Shown: positions 38,793 to 54,100, counted from the first letter of the stretch. The stretch: 64,000 nucleotides of DNA from Cycas panzhihuaensis (GCA_023213395.1 CM041465.1:174413741-174477740), one strand, 5' to 3'. Program-made: numbers and translations. The notes: generated by a model from the letters alone, not told the origin.

Positions 38793-41700
38793 TGATAGAA
38801 TTAATAATTTATTCATTAATTCATCTTAATGTACTTTCTAATTATATTGTAAATGTGAGTCATTTTAGTAACACAATGTTATAGAGTGCAAATGTACCTT
38901 AAGTTGTAACTTGAAGTTGTGAATTCTAGTTGAGGGGCTAAAAGGCCACTTTCACCAATGTAAGCATGTGTGACGCTTGGTCACTATGCAAACAATCTTT
39001 CATGCATATGCACCACTTGTCCACCATGCATGACCATTGTACTTTCTATATATTGAGGACCTCTCTTAGCAATTGTACATGAATTATTGAGAGGATTTAT
39101 GCTATGTAAGCTTTGTTTATGCTAATGAAAGGTTATTTTGGGGTTTGAACATAATTTCTACCCCTCCAAATTTTCATGCTTTAACCATGCTTATGTGATG
39201 GTGATTATTTATTTGCAATGATTTAGATCTTGGTTGAGAATATAGAAAATTTGTTTTCTCTGATTTGGTATCAGAGTAGGCTATTTTTTTCACTTTTTTT
39301 AGTGAATTTTCACTGCATTTCTTCATTGTTTTCTACTATCACTCCTCACAAAATAGTGGCTAGACTATACAAGGCATCTGCTAGCTGATCTTGCTCCAAA
39401 TTCAAGCTCATCTTGCACTCAAGGGTCCTCTGTATGTGCGGATGTTACAACTATCATACTTTGGTCGTGTGCCTAAAAAAGTCGTATTCGGCTTGTTTCT
39501 TCACCTAAAAATCTCCAGATTCAGTCTGTTAGCTTCTAAGAATCATTACAATCCTATTCCATCCTCAACTATCCTCCATGTTGGTCTTGGACCCATTTTT
39601 CTCATCCAATTCACTTTTCTTTACCTGCAACTACTGAAACCGTGCAACATAACCGCTTAAAATGATCCCCTCATCATGCTCTTCTCAGATCCAAGGTCAA
39701 TTTCATGTTTGAGTGCTTCAACATAGAGATTTCACCTCTTAAAGCTCAAAAAAATCACCCCTATTCAATCGCGCGAATTGGATTTTTGAATTTTCAATAG
39801 TTTTCTAACTTTATGTTATACACTTTGGAATATTCCTAGAATATTCTATTCTTAATATTTGTTTTCACTAAAGTCACTTTATTTTATCATTTTAAAATAT
39901 TTTTTAATGCATTTTTAGTTGTTTTTTAGCATTTTTTAAAAAACCCTAGCTTTATATTTTGACTTTTTAATTTTAAAATATATTTTCAAGTTAAAAAATA
40001 CAAAAAATCTAATAGTTTTTAAAGTTATTTTTAGTTTTATTTAATGGTTTTTTTTAAATTAAACAAAAGAAAATAATTAACAAAATGACATATTTTAGCT
40101 TGAAACATTAAAAAAGATAACTCTTGAATTAATTTTGAGACCATATTAGTCCTGCAAAGGGAACAGTTAGAACCTCTGAAGTTAATTACTCCCACACATG
40201 TGAGTTGTATGCACTTTGACAAGCAACTCATGGGACAAGTCACTATGAGGTGTATTGAGTAGTGGGTTAAGGTGTAAATCCGCAAACTTGGAGTTTGAAG
40301 ACCAGGCTAGACCCAAAGAGGGCGAGTGCCTTGGTTGTTAAGTGTGCCCTTAGGCAAGGATCTAATCGTTAAGGTCGTAAATCTGACACAGGTGGATCCA
40401 CAGTGTCAAGAGGGGTGGCAGAACCTTCTAGTTCTCACGTACCTTTGGATATATAGAGCCCCTGAATTACCACCTGTGAGCAGTTATGCCATCAGACAGG
40501 ACCGTTTCAACTACTAGGGGCTATTAGGCAAGGAGACACAAAGACTTTTGATACTAGCATAGTAAGCCTCTTTAAGTAGATAGGACATTGCTGATACTTA
40601 CACTCATTCAATCATCATGGCTCTACAAATGGTTGTAGCTAGTACCATCAAATTGTTTGGCATTGATAATTTCTTAGCTTGGAAGAAACAACTCAAGAAC
40701 GTACTTGTAATGAACAAATTGTGGACTTACGTTTTTGGTGCTACACCTAAACTAGTTCACACTCAAAATCTTAATGATCCCATTGTCATTATACCAGTTG
40801 ATCCTATTGCCCTCGCCGCATTTAATAAAAATGATGAAGTCACACTTTCCTTCTTACATCTCTCTTGTGAAGAAAATGCCGACCAAAACATCGAAACATC
40901 TACCACCTTCGTTGAAACCTGGAACATAATCTACTCTTTGTATGAGAGAAAAGATAATGCACAAGTTGTCATGCCTAAGGCCTAATTGTATTCCATTCCT
41001 TATGTTGGCTTTGTTGAAGCCCATTTGACCCAAATTAAAGCATTAAGGAACTAGTTAACTACTCTTGGTCAACCACCTATAAATAGTGATCTGATGTCAT
41101 CCATTGTCAACATATTACCCATTGGTTTCAACTCCCTTATTTCTAACCTATCCCACTCCAACTGTCTTGCCGCATTGGACTTTAATACCTTTGAGGGATT
41201 TCGGCTACAAGAGGAGTGTATCTTAAACAGACTTGGAGATCCTATGTCTTCTTCATCGACCCCTGCTTTAGCTGCACACCATAAAGGAAGACAACAAAGA
41301 CCAAATTAGAACCAACAGTTCGATTTAATGAATTTGAGCCAATAATAGCCATGTCAGCAGCATACAAATCAAGTAGCTTATCACTATTATGGCAAACTTG
41401 GCCACACAACACTAGAATGCAAGAAAAAGATGGCCGACCAACAACAACAAAATTGTCTTGCAAATTGAGGCAATCTTAACCATGGTCATAACAACTTCCA
41501 AGGAAACAGAAAATTGAACTAGAATGCCCAAAACACTAATTAGGGTTATGTACAAAATTAAAACCGTAATCAGAGAAGGAATCAGAATTAAGGAGGCCAC
41601 ATGGCTAATTCCTAGAATTTGTTCTATGTTGCTTCTGTAGCTCACTATAGATAAATTCTGGTTGATAGATTTTGGAGCCTCTCGACACATGACCGGTTCC

Positions 41701-44700
41701 AAAGACTTACTTACAAATATCGTGCCAGTGAAGAATCAAATAGTGACATTAAGTGATGATGCAATACTTGAGATTGCTAAGATTGGCAATGCTCTCATTC
41801 CATTGACAAATTCTAACATTAAACATCACCTAAATAATGTCTTCTATGTACTTGGGATGACAAGAAATTTGTTATCCCTCAATTAGATAAATAAGTAAAA
41901 GTTTGATGTGCTATTTAGCCACCTTGGTAAATGCCTCATCAGTGATGTCAATGGCAATGTGATTGCAATTGGATATGAGGATCATGGTCTTTACAAGCTG
42001 GACGCCACATCAAAAACTACATTTCTACAAGAAGATCTTGGCACTTGCAGTAACACTGCTTTAGCTTCTAAAGAGCAACCTGCACTTGTTTCTCAGTCAC
42101 TCTCCAAAGATCAATTATGGAATCAATGCCTTGGTCACTTGAATATGAATAGTCTTCAACTGATATTCAAACTGAATGTAGTGCATGGTTGCCAAAAGTT
42201 AAACAGACTATATGTTTTTGTAAATCTTGCATTATGGGAAAGCATCACAGAGCACCCTTCAAATCCAATGGCAAAGTTTGGCATGCTCAGGAACCATTAG
42301 GACTTGTTCACTCAGACATTTGTGGACCCATATCACAAGGATCAATTAATGGTTGTCATTTTTTCATAACCTTCATTGATGATTTTTCTCGCAAGGTTCG
42401 AGTCTATTTCCTTAAGCAAAAATTAGAAGCTTTTGAAAAATTTAAAGAATTCAAAACTAGAGCTGAACTAGAATTCAACATGCCACTCAAAATCCTTCGT
42501 TGTGACAATGGCGATGAATACACCTCAAAATAATTCACCCAATTTTGTAAAAATAATGACATCAAGCAACAACTCTCTGCCCCCACACTCCTCAGCAAAA
42601 TGGAGTTGCTAAGAGGATGAATTGGACCTTGGTCAACAAAGGCAAGGTCATGCTTGCCGCTAAAAATCTTGGACTTCATTTATGGGCCAAAGCAATCAAC
42701 GTGGCTACATATCTTACCGATAGGAGTCCAACCAAGGCAATCATAGATATCACACCTAAAGAGGCTTGGTCAGGTCAAAAGCCTACAATCCCACATTTGT
42801 GGACTTTTGGATGCACAACATATATACACATTCCAAAAGAATAAAGGAAAAGATTGGATGACAAAAGCAGGAAATGCATCTTCATCGAATATATGCCTAG
42901 ATGCAAAGCTTACAAACTATATGATCCTACTACACAACAAATGCATACATCTCAAGATATTTTTTTTTTTTTGAAGAGAACAAGGAATTGGACCCACAAC
43001 AAATTTCATTTCCTACTAATTAGAATGACTTTGCAACAACTATTGTTCCTCCTCCATCCATTGAAAATGTTCCTGCAGTTACTGTGGTCCCATTAACTCC
43101 ATCCACATTAAATTCTCTTGGTTCTTCATCTGCATCGGGCCCCTCTACTTCTCCATCAATTCCTTCAGAAGAGCTTCCAGTAGAGGTGACCTCCAAACAA
43201 TTACCAAAATGGTATTTGCAGGCAATCACTTTTGCTCCATCGCCTCCTCAAGCATCAAAGAGGCAATTCAAATATAGGCAATCCACCAATTTTGCCTTAA
43301 TCGCACAGGTATTATCTGCTCCCAAACCTTCCATTTTTGAGGAGGCAGTCACAAACCAAAAGTAGCAGGTTGCAATGAATGAGGAAATGGACTCTATTTT
43401 TCAAAATGATACTTGGGAGTTGGTTGAGCTGCTAGAAGGAAAGAAACCAATTGATTGTCGTTGGCTCTACAAGATCAAATTTCATGTAGACAACTCCATT
43501 TAGCGCCACAAATCTCTCTTGGTAGCCAAAGGTTTCAAATGGATTGAGGGCATTGACAATGATGAAACATTTGCCCTAGTTGCCAACATGACCTCTGTAC
43601 CTCTTGTTTTGGCACTTGCAGCTCAATATCAATTGCTCGTTTACCAAATAGATGTTGGAAACGCCTTTCTGAATGGCGATTTACAAGAAATATATCTGAG
43701 ACAACCTTCTTGCTATGTTGTTCACGAAAAAGAACACTTAGTTTGCAAATTAAGGAAGGCTCTATATGGCCTCAAGCAACTGCCTCGAGTATAGTATGCA
43801 AAGATTGATGAATATTTTCAAAAGCATGGACTTCTTCGTTCATCCTTGAATCCCAATTTGTACATCAAAATCTGAAACAACTTGATTACTCTAATCATCC
43901 TCTATGTTGATAATTTGTTGATTATAGGCAACAACACATAGTGGATTACATATCTCCAATGGGAGCTCAATAGTAGCTTTGAAATGACTGACCTCAAGTT
44001 GTTGCATTATTTTCTTGGCATGGAGGTCTGACAACAACTAGGCCGTATCTTCCTTTCATAGTCTAAATATACAAGAGAGATATTACAGAAGTTTTGAATG
44101 GAGGATTGTAAGCCTTCACCAATCCCAATGGAGACAAGGCTCAAGTTGGACACTGATGAGCATGGCAAACATGTCGATCCCACCTCGTATAGACACCTTG
44201 TGGGGAGTTTGATCTACTTGACTCATACTCGCCCAGACATATGTAGTTAGAATTTGCTCCAAGTTCATGACAGAGCCCAAGGTTTCATATTGGAATGTAG
44301 CCAAGCAAATTTTGAGGTACCTCCACGAGTCGTTGTAATTTGGCATTGATTACTGCTAGGTGGACAATCCTTCCTTGGCAATTTTCATAGATGTAGATTG
44401 GGTTGGATGTCAAGATAGCAGAAGATCGACCTTATAATATTTGTTTCAACCTAGGTTTAGTAGTTGTGTCTCAAAATTGCAAGAAGCAATTGAATGTCAT
44501 CTCGTCATCTACGACAACAAAGTACAAAGTTGTGGTCAATGTAACTACAAAAACTATTTAGCTCAAAAGGATTTTTGTCGAGCTTGGTCTTGAACAGACA
44601 TAGGTCACTCCACTCTTCTGTGACAACCAAAGTGTCCAGAGGATAACAAAGAATTTAGTTTTCCATGTAAGGATGAAGCATATCAATGTGCACCATCACT

Positions 44701-45332
44701 TTATCAGAGAACATGTTCAAGACGATGAGATTGATCTTGTCTACATTCCAACCAATGAACAAGTTGTAGACATCTTCACCAAAGCACTTGGCAAAGATAA
44801 ACTCGAGCGGTTTTAGCATCACCTCAGTGTTTGAATTAATGAATTCATCATTAAGGGAGGGTGATAAAATTAATGATTTATGCATTAATTCATCTTGATG
44901 TACTTTCTAATTATATTGTAAATATGAGTCACTTTAATAACATAATGTTATAAAATGACAATGTACCTTAAGTTGTAACTTGAAGTTATGAATTCTAATT
45001 GAGGGGCTAAAAGCCCACTTTCACCAATGTAAGCATGTGTGACACTTGGTTACCATGCAAATAGTCTCTCACACATGTGCACCACTTATCCACCATACAT
45101 GACCATTGTACTTTCTATATATTAAGGACCTCTCTTGGCAATTGTACATGGATTATTTAGAGGGTTTATGCTGTGTAAGCTTTGTTTATGCTAATGAAAG
45201 ACTATTTTCGGGTTTGAACATAATCTTTGCCCCTCCAATTTTTTATGCTTTGATCATGCTTATGTCATGGCGATTATTTATTTGCAATGATTCGGATCTT
45301 GGTTGAGAAGATAGGAAATCTATTTTCTCTCA
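38793..45332 (+). mobile_element. Copia E: full-length degenerate Ty1/copia element
   Basis: 471-bp LTRs 38793-39263 and 44862-45332 (about 90% identical by eye). TSD ACTTA at 38788-38792 and 45333-45337. PBS TGGTATCAGAGT 39266-39277. PPT AAGGGAGGG before 44862. Gag-pol remnants 40617-44850 ([28 protein letters not shown]). Confidence 0.94.
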
Positions 45333-48167
45333 ACTTAACCCTGTAATTGCATCTTTAGCCTCAACATTATTAGGAAAAGAAAAAGGGATGTGGAAGAAAA
45401 ATGAAGAAAATATAGAAGAACAAGTAGTGACTTCAAGTAAAGAAGAGGAAGATATTTCAAAAGAGAGACCATAAGAGGAAATCCCAAAGGAAGAGGGAGT
45501 ATTGGAAAACAAAGACAAATCTTCAATGGAGGAAGAAGAATCCCTACGTGAAATGGAAGGATCAAGTGATGATGATAGTTCAAAGAGCATAAGTGACAAC
45601 AAAGAAAATGTGAGGGAAGGTCCCTTGGCATATTGAGAGAATCACTTCACGAGGAAATTGTTTGAAGACACATTAGATAAGCAATCAGAGCAATCATTGT
45701 AATTACAACACCATTGGCCCTACAATTACCATGGTGTGAGGAGCCAATTAAATTGAAGTCACCCTTCTAGAATCCGTTGTTTAGAAGAGAGTACTAGGGA
45801 AGAAAGTTCACCAAGGGTACATAAACATAGTGAATCAATAGAGGAATTTGTACTAGCAAAAGTGCAAGATACCACACCTATATTTCCACAAGGGGGAAGT
45901 ATACCACCAATTGTTTCAAAGATGGAAGATTCAAGGGAGTTTGGGAGATAAATCTTTGATGACATGATAAATGTGAGTGAATATGTATATTTATTTCAAA
46001 ACATGGCGAACATGAAAAAACTAACGAATGAAGCAAGGATTAAAACAATATTTGCCTACTCTTTGCGAGGTGTACCTTTAGCATGGTACAAACAACTAGA
46101 TCCTGCCACAACTTGGGAAAATGTGGAGGAATTTGAGGAGAGATTCTAGAAGTTTTGAAGTAACTAAGCAATTGAACTAGCACTTATAGAGATTTGACAG
46201 AGACAGGGAGAATTTGTGTTGACCTATATAAGCATAATGAAGATTATTGCAACAATATGCAACCTAGAGAAATGATTATGGACTACAATATGAGAAATTA
46301 CTTTGTCAATGGACTAAATTCAAAATTGAGGGCAGTTGTTGAAACACACCCTCTGAAGTCCTTCTAGTGTGCGCAAGAATTGGTGTTAGACTTTAAGAAA
46401 CAAATGGATACATAAATAGCAAGCCATGATCCCTTATTACAGACATTATAAGAATAAATGCAAGAACTTAAGAGTTAGAATGTAAATAAATCCTACTATC
46501 AAGTGGCAAAAGCAGAGGAGACTTCAAAAGTGGAAACCCTCAGAAAGGAGGTAGCCAAGTTAAATATGGGTACACATAAATCCCAAGTAGAGGAAGGAGA
46601 GAGGGGTAAGAATCAAAGAAACTCATATCAAGAAATTGTACCACATTTATGACGAAGATTCGCATTCCACTAAGGAATGCAACCTAAACAAGAAGAATAA
46701 TGGAGTCAAAAAACAAAACAAGTGGTATTGCATTTGTGACACGACAATCATAATACGAAGGAATGCTACTTCAGTGGCCATGGAAAGAGCTAATGAGGAC
46801 GAGGAAGGGGAAGAGGAGGTGAGTCAACAAGAACAATGTATACCACTTGCACAACACCATAAAGTTCTAAAAGGAAACCACCATTGGGGTGCTAGTTAGT
46901 TTGTTTAGAATATGGCCACTAGAAATCAGAATGCCCTGTGGTCAATGTCCATGCAGAATGCCCCTTTATATGCAATAAATATGGGCCTAGCATCAACCCC
47001 ACAGAGGATTGTAAGGGAATGTCAAAAGTAACAAATCTCATATCTATAGTGCCTAGATCACCAAAGAATGTAAATTTGCAAACTAGAAGCACCAATAAGG
47101 GGAAGGAAAAAGATGGAAGGGGGTTACCCAAATCCTAAACTAAAAGTCGATCAATTTTCAACGACAAAAAAAGCTTTGGAAGATGGTACCAGAGAAGAAT
47201 CGGCTAAGAGTTTATTGATGGAGAAACTAGAGACGAAAGAACTATATACAAGAAGGCATAATCCTAAAGAACAAGTTGTAAAATCTAAGGAGATACAACT
47301 AGTAGTAAACCAACAACCACCCATATTGAAGACAAAGGAAGTATTTAGGGGTTTTCCAACCAAAGACATCCTAAGAGTATTGGTTGTAATGGAAAATTTG
47401 GTAAAGCAATTGAAATCGACTATTCCATTAGAGCAAGTTATCAAATGGATAAATCCCAAAGTGTTGCAACCAAAAGAAGTGATTAGAAGTTTCAACAAAA
47501 TTATGCCCTCATGTGACTTAGATCCCATGGTAACTATCACCATTTTGGGTGAGACATTGTGAAATGTAATTGTTGATGGGGGAGTAGTAGTGAATGTGAT
47601 GCCAACAACCACTTGGAAGAAGTTGGGGAGCCCAAAACTCCAACCTACTACATACTCATTGAAATTAGCCAACAATCTTCTGGCTAAGCCAACAAGGAAA
47701 CTACTGGATGTAAAAGTGAACGTGGATGGCATTGTAGTTTATGTGGTTTTCACTATAGTGAAAACAATCAAGGAAGTACTAACCTACCCAACTTTGTTGG
47801 CACAACCATGGTTATACATAATAGACTATTTACAAAGTTGGAGAGATGTTACCTTTACCTTATTGGATGGAGGGAATGAAATGGTGTTGTTGATGTTGAG
47901 CAAAGGAAAATACACGATGGAGGTCATTCCTAATGACACCTCCAGCACAACAATTGTGAGTGAAGATACAACATCCTCCTTTGACAAGGCTAATTTATAT
48001 GAAACAATGGAAGAGATAGAAACAATGAACAACGGCCACAACAACAAGCCCAACTACCATGGGGACTTGCAACTTGAAAAGTCTTCAAATGAAGAGGGAG
48101 TTAAAATTCTTGTACATTATTGGACTAGGGGGTCATATGAGGTAGATCTTGATGAGTATAGTCCTAA

Positions 48168-51100
48168 TGTCCTAATCTTATTTTTCTAAAGTAACATTGT
48201 AAAAGGTACTTAAAGTACCCAATTATACACAGCATTGTAAAAGTCATTCAAGGGACCTAATTATTAATTAGGTACACAGGTGACACGTGTCTCACATACA
48301 AACTAACTTGAGTTTGTATAAAGATGTACAATTTCCAAAGGAATAAATGAAGAAAAAAGACATTCTTTCTTACCCTCTCCTCTGGCTTTATTCAAGTTCT
48401 ATTTTTCTTGAAGAAAACTCTAAGGCCTAAAGAATCGACTACTCTTGTGTACATTTTGTGTCTAAAAAGCAAGGAGGGCTGAGCAAAAAACCATATCAGA
48501 GCCTCCCTCGTTTCGCTATAATTTCCTTTCTATTTGTCCTACTGTTGATATGGATAGTAATAAAACAAATAATTTGGAGTATACTAGTGTCTTGTGCAAT
48601 TCTAGCATTAATGATAATAATGATAGCTTAGGGACCAACATAGCAAGTGAATGTTCTCAAATGAATGATAAATTAGTAGATGTTTATTTATTACAAGAAA
48701 ATCTAGGCAAGAAACAAATAAAGATAAAAATAGTGGAATCTACCCCCTTATCTTTAGAACCCCCTAACCCTAACTCTAATCCCATTTCCAACCTCAACCC
48801 TAGCCTTAATCCTATCTTTGGGCCTGGAATGGAAGGTTTGGCTAGCCTATTCCCAAACCCTAACCTCCCTTCTACCTCAGGTGTAAAACCCAAAGTAGAA
48901 TTCCCTTCCCAATCATTACCTTACTCGAGGGAAACTAGTTCTAGCTCTTCCCCATCTTCTCTCAGGGTGCATCCACCCAATGATTATGATTCCTCATCCG
49001 AAGAGGATGTTAAACCTTATGTTTCCATGTTAAGTATGTACTTTATTCACTTTATTCTTTCATTCATTATTTTGTACTTTATGAGGTGACTTATCACTTA
49101 AGTGATAAAGTGCACACCCACATTCCTCCTAGTGACATAACATTGTAACTAAAGGGTCAAATGGACCCTCATGTATCTTTGTTCACTTGAGAGCCCAAAA
49201 GGACACGTCCTTCATGCATGACATGCAAGACATGCATTGCATGTAGCTTGGATGTTTGCCACTTGTCAAACATCCAACACTGTTAGGTAACCTCGGTTAC
49301 TCTATATATTGAGACCTCTCCTCATGTCTCATATGTAGAGTTGGAGTGTAATGTTATGCTACCAGTTTGCTAATCAATTGGTATTATTTGGAGTAGGACT
49401 AATTCCTTCTCCTCATACTTTGGTATCATCTTGCTCCTTTGATCTTGGTCTTGCTTATCTTTTAGTTTTGCTCTTATGCTATCTAGAACTAGAGTGAACT
49501 ATCTTCATGATCTTGGTTTTTATTGGTCTTGGCCATTCTAATCCTTTGGCCTTCTCAACAATTAGTATCAGAGCTAGAGGAGACTAGTTCCCTCTATTCT
49601 GATTTTTTCTTCAAGGGAGACTTAGAGTGGGTTTTACAAACCCTTGGTGACGACCTTCGCTCTCTGAAGGCGATCCAAGGTTTGCTTAAGCTTCACCATT
49701 ACAGATCAAGACTTTTCCAAAGTATTCTAAAGGCTAGAGATTATTATACTCTGATTTAAAATATTTTTCGAACTTTCTTCAGAGGTTTTGAGCTAGTTTA
49801 CTCACGTTTTTCTGTGTTTTTCCACTAAAAATTGGACTTTTCAATTGGTTCTTCTTATAGATCAAGATGTTGGAGTATTATGATGAGTTTTAAATCTCAC
49901 GGATTGAGATTATCACAAGCTACTAACTTCCTGCAGGCTGTGAAGTAATTCTGGGCATTTTTCAGCCCTCAAACTCCACATAGAGAGTTCAAACTGCTCA
50001 TGCACACTAGCTGGAGTGTCCTACTCATTTGGAAAAGGCTGCACACCTCTTAGTGGGCCCCATGAACATTTCACAAAGAAGAAACAAGAGTGAAAGATGT
50101 TGTACGTATGATTTTGTCACCCTCCAACCGTGCACCCACTTTTGGCTTCAATTCACTCGTTCTCTTTCCACGAATCTCCAAATGAGCTGAAAATAGAGAT
50201 GAATCTCCTTTGGAGGTAGGCGACCGTGGTCTTAAATTTTTGGCTCGATCCATCGAGTCTACGTGGAGATCTGTTCGCCTGAGTCTACACAGGAGCCGTT
50301 GCGCTGTCATCTCATTTTTGCATTTTGACATTTTGAAAATTTTTTCAGAACTTTTATCATTCTAAACTTTGAGTTATAACATTAGGAATATTCCAAAGCA
50401 TATTCCTTGTTTAAGAAACTTTATTACTCCAAAGTTTATACTTATTCATAAGTTTAGACACTAAAAATCACTTTTCTTTAAGTCAAAATCAATATTTTTA
50501 GTGATTTTTCAGTCGGGTGACTCTATCAGCTTACTTTTGTGATATTATAGACTAAATCAAGTTTTCTCAAGTATTCTACACTCTAAAAAGTAATATTTTT
50601 TCCTTTTTTAAGCCTTTTTTTAGTCATTTGGATTCTTTGGCTTAACATTTTTAAAGGAAAAAATTAACATTTTTTTAGTTTCTGAAGATTAAAATCTTCA
50701 TTGTATCTAGTGATTTCATTAAATAACTAAAGCTAAAATAGTCACTTAGCTTTGGAGATTAAAATCAATTAGTTTAAGTCCTCATTCAAGGCTCCCTGCA
50801 TGGTGTTCTTGCTACTCAAAGTTGCAAAAAAAGTGAAATTTTAGCCTTTGTTTTTTGACACTTTTTTGCCTTATTTAACACTTATTTCATGTTTGCAAGT
50901 GTTAAAAGGCATTGAAAGGAGTGATTTTTAAGTGTTGTGACCTTGTTAAAGTGATCCTCATCACTATTTCAACACTTTCCCTAAGGCACCTTGCATGGTG
51001 ACCCTCTTACCTTAGTCTCAAAAAGGGCTTAAGGAGATTTGTTACTTAATAAAAATCACTCATTTTGTTGATTGTTGGGACTATTGCAAAGTCCCAACAC

Positions 51101-54100
51101 TTGGTGCATGGCGTCTTTAGTTTGCAAGTGATTCTCCTCTCTTTTCTTCAAGCATTAAAAGGAACCCACTTGCATTTTTCAACACAAAGACTTTGCTCTT
51201 TCTTCATTGAAGCACTTAGTATCTTCTTCAAAGTGCTCACATTTTCACATTGTATTTGAGCACTTTCTTTTACTTGGATTTGATAGCACTATTTTCACAC
51301 TAAAGTGCTCTTGTAAAACACTCAAAGTGATCATTGTGATGTACTTGGTTGTTTCTCTTTGAAGCTCCTTATTATTGTAAAACATTAAATCAAGCATCTA
51401 CATCATCCAAGTAAAATTTACTCTAAAGTCCATTGCAATCTTCTAAAAGTGAACTTTAAAATCAAGTAGGAGAGGCCCGAAAAAGGTTCAAACCTTGCCT
51501 CTAAAATAATCTTAAGCTTGGTGCATTCCCTAGGGGACCAACCGACCGTACAGTTAGTGCACAACAATTAAGGTTGCTTGAGGGAAAGGAGGTTCGAAAA
51601 GGGTGTTATTGGGGCTGTGAATCCCAGGGAAAACATGGTACAACCATGCAGATCAACCCTACCTGCCTTGTCCTAGATTTGGCTTGGTCAACTGTTGGAT
51701 CTCCTTTATAGATCAGGGTTGGACCAACTCTTTGTCCTAGTCCTCCAACCCTCATCACTCCATTCAGTTGTTGGATCTTCTAGTAAGATCATGACTATTG
51801 GTTTTGTTAGAAGGTGGAACTTAAGTGACGAAAGCATTGAGTTTCCAAGTCATTTGCTAGCTTTAAGCTTTTTCCAACTTAAACATGACTGCTTTAAACA
51901 TGCTTAATGTATGCACAATCAAGTTGACAGATCAAGAGAATTATCAAGATTGGAAGAGGCAAACACAAAACCTCTTAAAGATGAATGAACTTTGGGGCTA
52001 TGTTTCTGGCATAATTCCTTTACCTGAACCTATGGAGATTGATGGTGTTGTTGTTGATCCTGATGTTGATTATGTTTCCACTTAGGAAGCCAAGGATGAA
52101 ATATCCTTGGCATTTTAACATATGGTTATTGATGTAAATGTTGATCAAAACATTTCAAATGTTGAAACATATAAGGAAGCTTGGGACATTTTGTCCTCCT
52201 TGTATGAAAGGCAAGATGAAGCTTGCATATTGTTGGTGAAAGCAAAACTTTATTCCATAAAGTATGTAAAGCCTATGTCGGCATTTCTTGATTCTCTTAA
52301 AGAAATTTGTAATGAATTGAATACTTTAGGCAAACCTACTTCTAGGGATGAGTTTGTAACCACCACCATTCAAGCTTTGCCTAAAGCTTTCAATGGCTTT
52401 ATCTCATCTGTCACACAAGATGACTCTCTTTCTGGTATGTCCTTCAATCAACTAGAGAGTTTATTACTTCTAGAGGAGCAAATTTATGCTAAAGAAAATG
52501 ATGATGGTGCATCTACTTCAGGAGCTTTCACGACTAAGTTAAAGGCCAAGCAAACTCCCAAACCTTCACTTACAAATCAATTTGGGAATATGAACATTGG
52601 CACCTCAAAAGCCAATGTTATTTATCATTATTGTGGTAAGGTTGGCCACATAGCTCCTGATTGTCAAAAGAAGAAAGCCAACCTTTAGCGTACACATTAG
52701 CAACAACCACATCAGAGACAAAAACAACCTCGTCAGCAATTCCAGAAACAATGACGGTTTTAGCAATAACAACAACACTATCCCCCTCGACCAAATCAAG
52801 GTGCATATCGAGGAGTTCAAAGAGGAGGGGGGGGTTTAGAGGTGGCAATCAATGCCACACAAATCAGTTTGCAGAAGAGGATACACTACTTTGTGCTTAT
52901 CACACTTCAGATGCTAATCAAACTTGGATCATCGACTCAGGGGCATCACGTCACATGATTGGAAGTGAAGAACTTTTTTATGACATCAAAGAAGGAAATG
53001 GTAAATCAGTAATTTTTGGCAACAATGAATCAGTGCAGATATCTGGTATAGGCAAAGTTGCCTCATTTCATTCCTCTTCAAATTCTTCTTCAACATTTCC
53101 TAATGATGATGCCTACTACATTCCTTCCACGGAGAAGAACTTGCTATCTGTTAGCCAATTGGACAAGCAATAGATGAGCATTTTGTTTAAAAATGGGAAA
53201 TGTGTCATCAGTGACAAGCATGATCAGGTTGTAGCCATTGGTCATGAAGACCGTGGCCTTTATAAGTTGGATGCAAAGAATATAACTTCTGATTCTGCTT
53301 ACTCTATAACGCCATCATCAACAAAGATGCAACTTTGGCATCATCGTCTAGGCCACTTGAGTTTAGACAATATCAAGTTAATGATAAACAAGAACATGAT
53401 GTATGGACTTCCAAAGCTATATGGTTCAAAATGCCTTTGTAAAGCTTGTATAATGGGGACACAATATAGATTGCCTTTTCCTAAAGGTAAAGCATGGCGT
53501 GCATCATATCTTTTGTAGTTGATACATTATGATTTATGTGGACCTATATCCACAACATCTTTTGGAGGAGCATTGTATTACATCTTTTTCATAGATGATT
53601 TCTCTCATAAAGTTTGGGTTTACTTCCTCAAATAGAAGTCTGAAGCAATCCAGAAGTTCAAGGAATTCAAGCTTGAAGTAGAGAATGAATTTGGCTATAC
53701 AATCAAAATACTAAGGTCAAATAATGGAGGTGAATTCACTTCAAAAGAATTCACCCAATTCTGCAAGGATAATGACATTCAGAGACAACTCACTATTCCT
53801 CATACTCCTCAATAAAACGAAGTCTCAGAATGTATGAATAGAACTTTGGCAAACAAAACCAAAGCTATGATGCATGCAAAAGGAGTCACACGAGCATATT
53901 AGGCAGAAGCATTCCACACAGTTGCTTAGGTGGCAAATCAAAGTCCTACTCAGCAGTCACTGACATCACACCAGAAGAAACTTGATCTGGTAAAAACCCT
54001 ATCGTCAGTCACCTAAGGACATTTGGGTGCACTGCATATATGCACATCCCCGATCAACAAAGATCTAAGTTAGACAAACATAGTCTAAAATGCATCTTTG

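Noticed and set aside
47151-47732. 193-aa minus-strand ORF and other antisense ORFs over retroelement coding regions
   Set aside because: These are shadow frames of gag/pol with no independent motifs.
51659-51668. 10-mer CTACCTGCCT shared by the leader islands of G and A (17545-17554)
   Set aside because: A chance match between two ~450-nt windows is expected roughly 0.2 times, so it is not significant alone.
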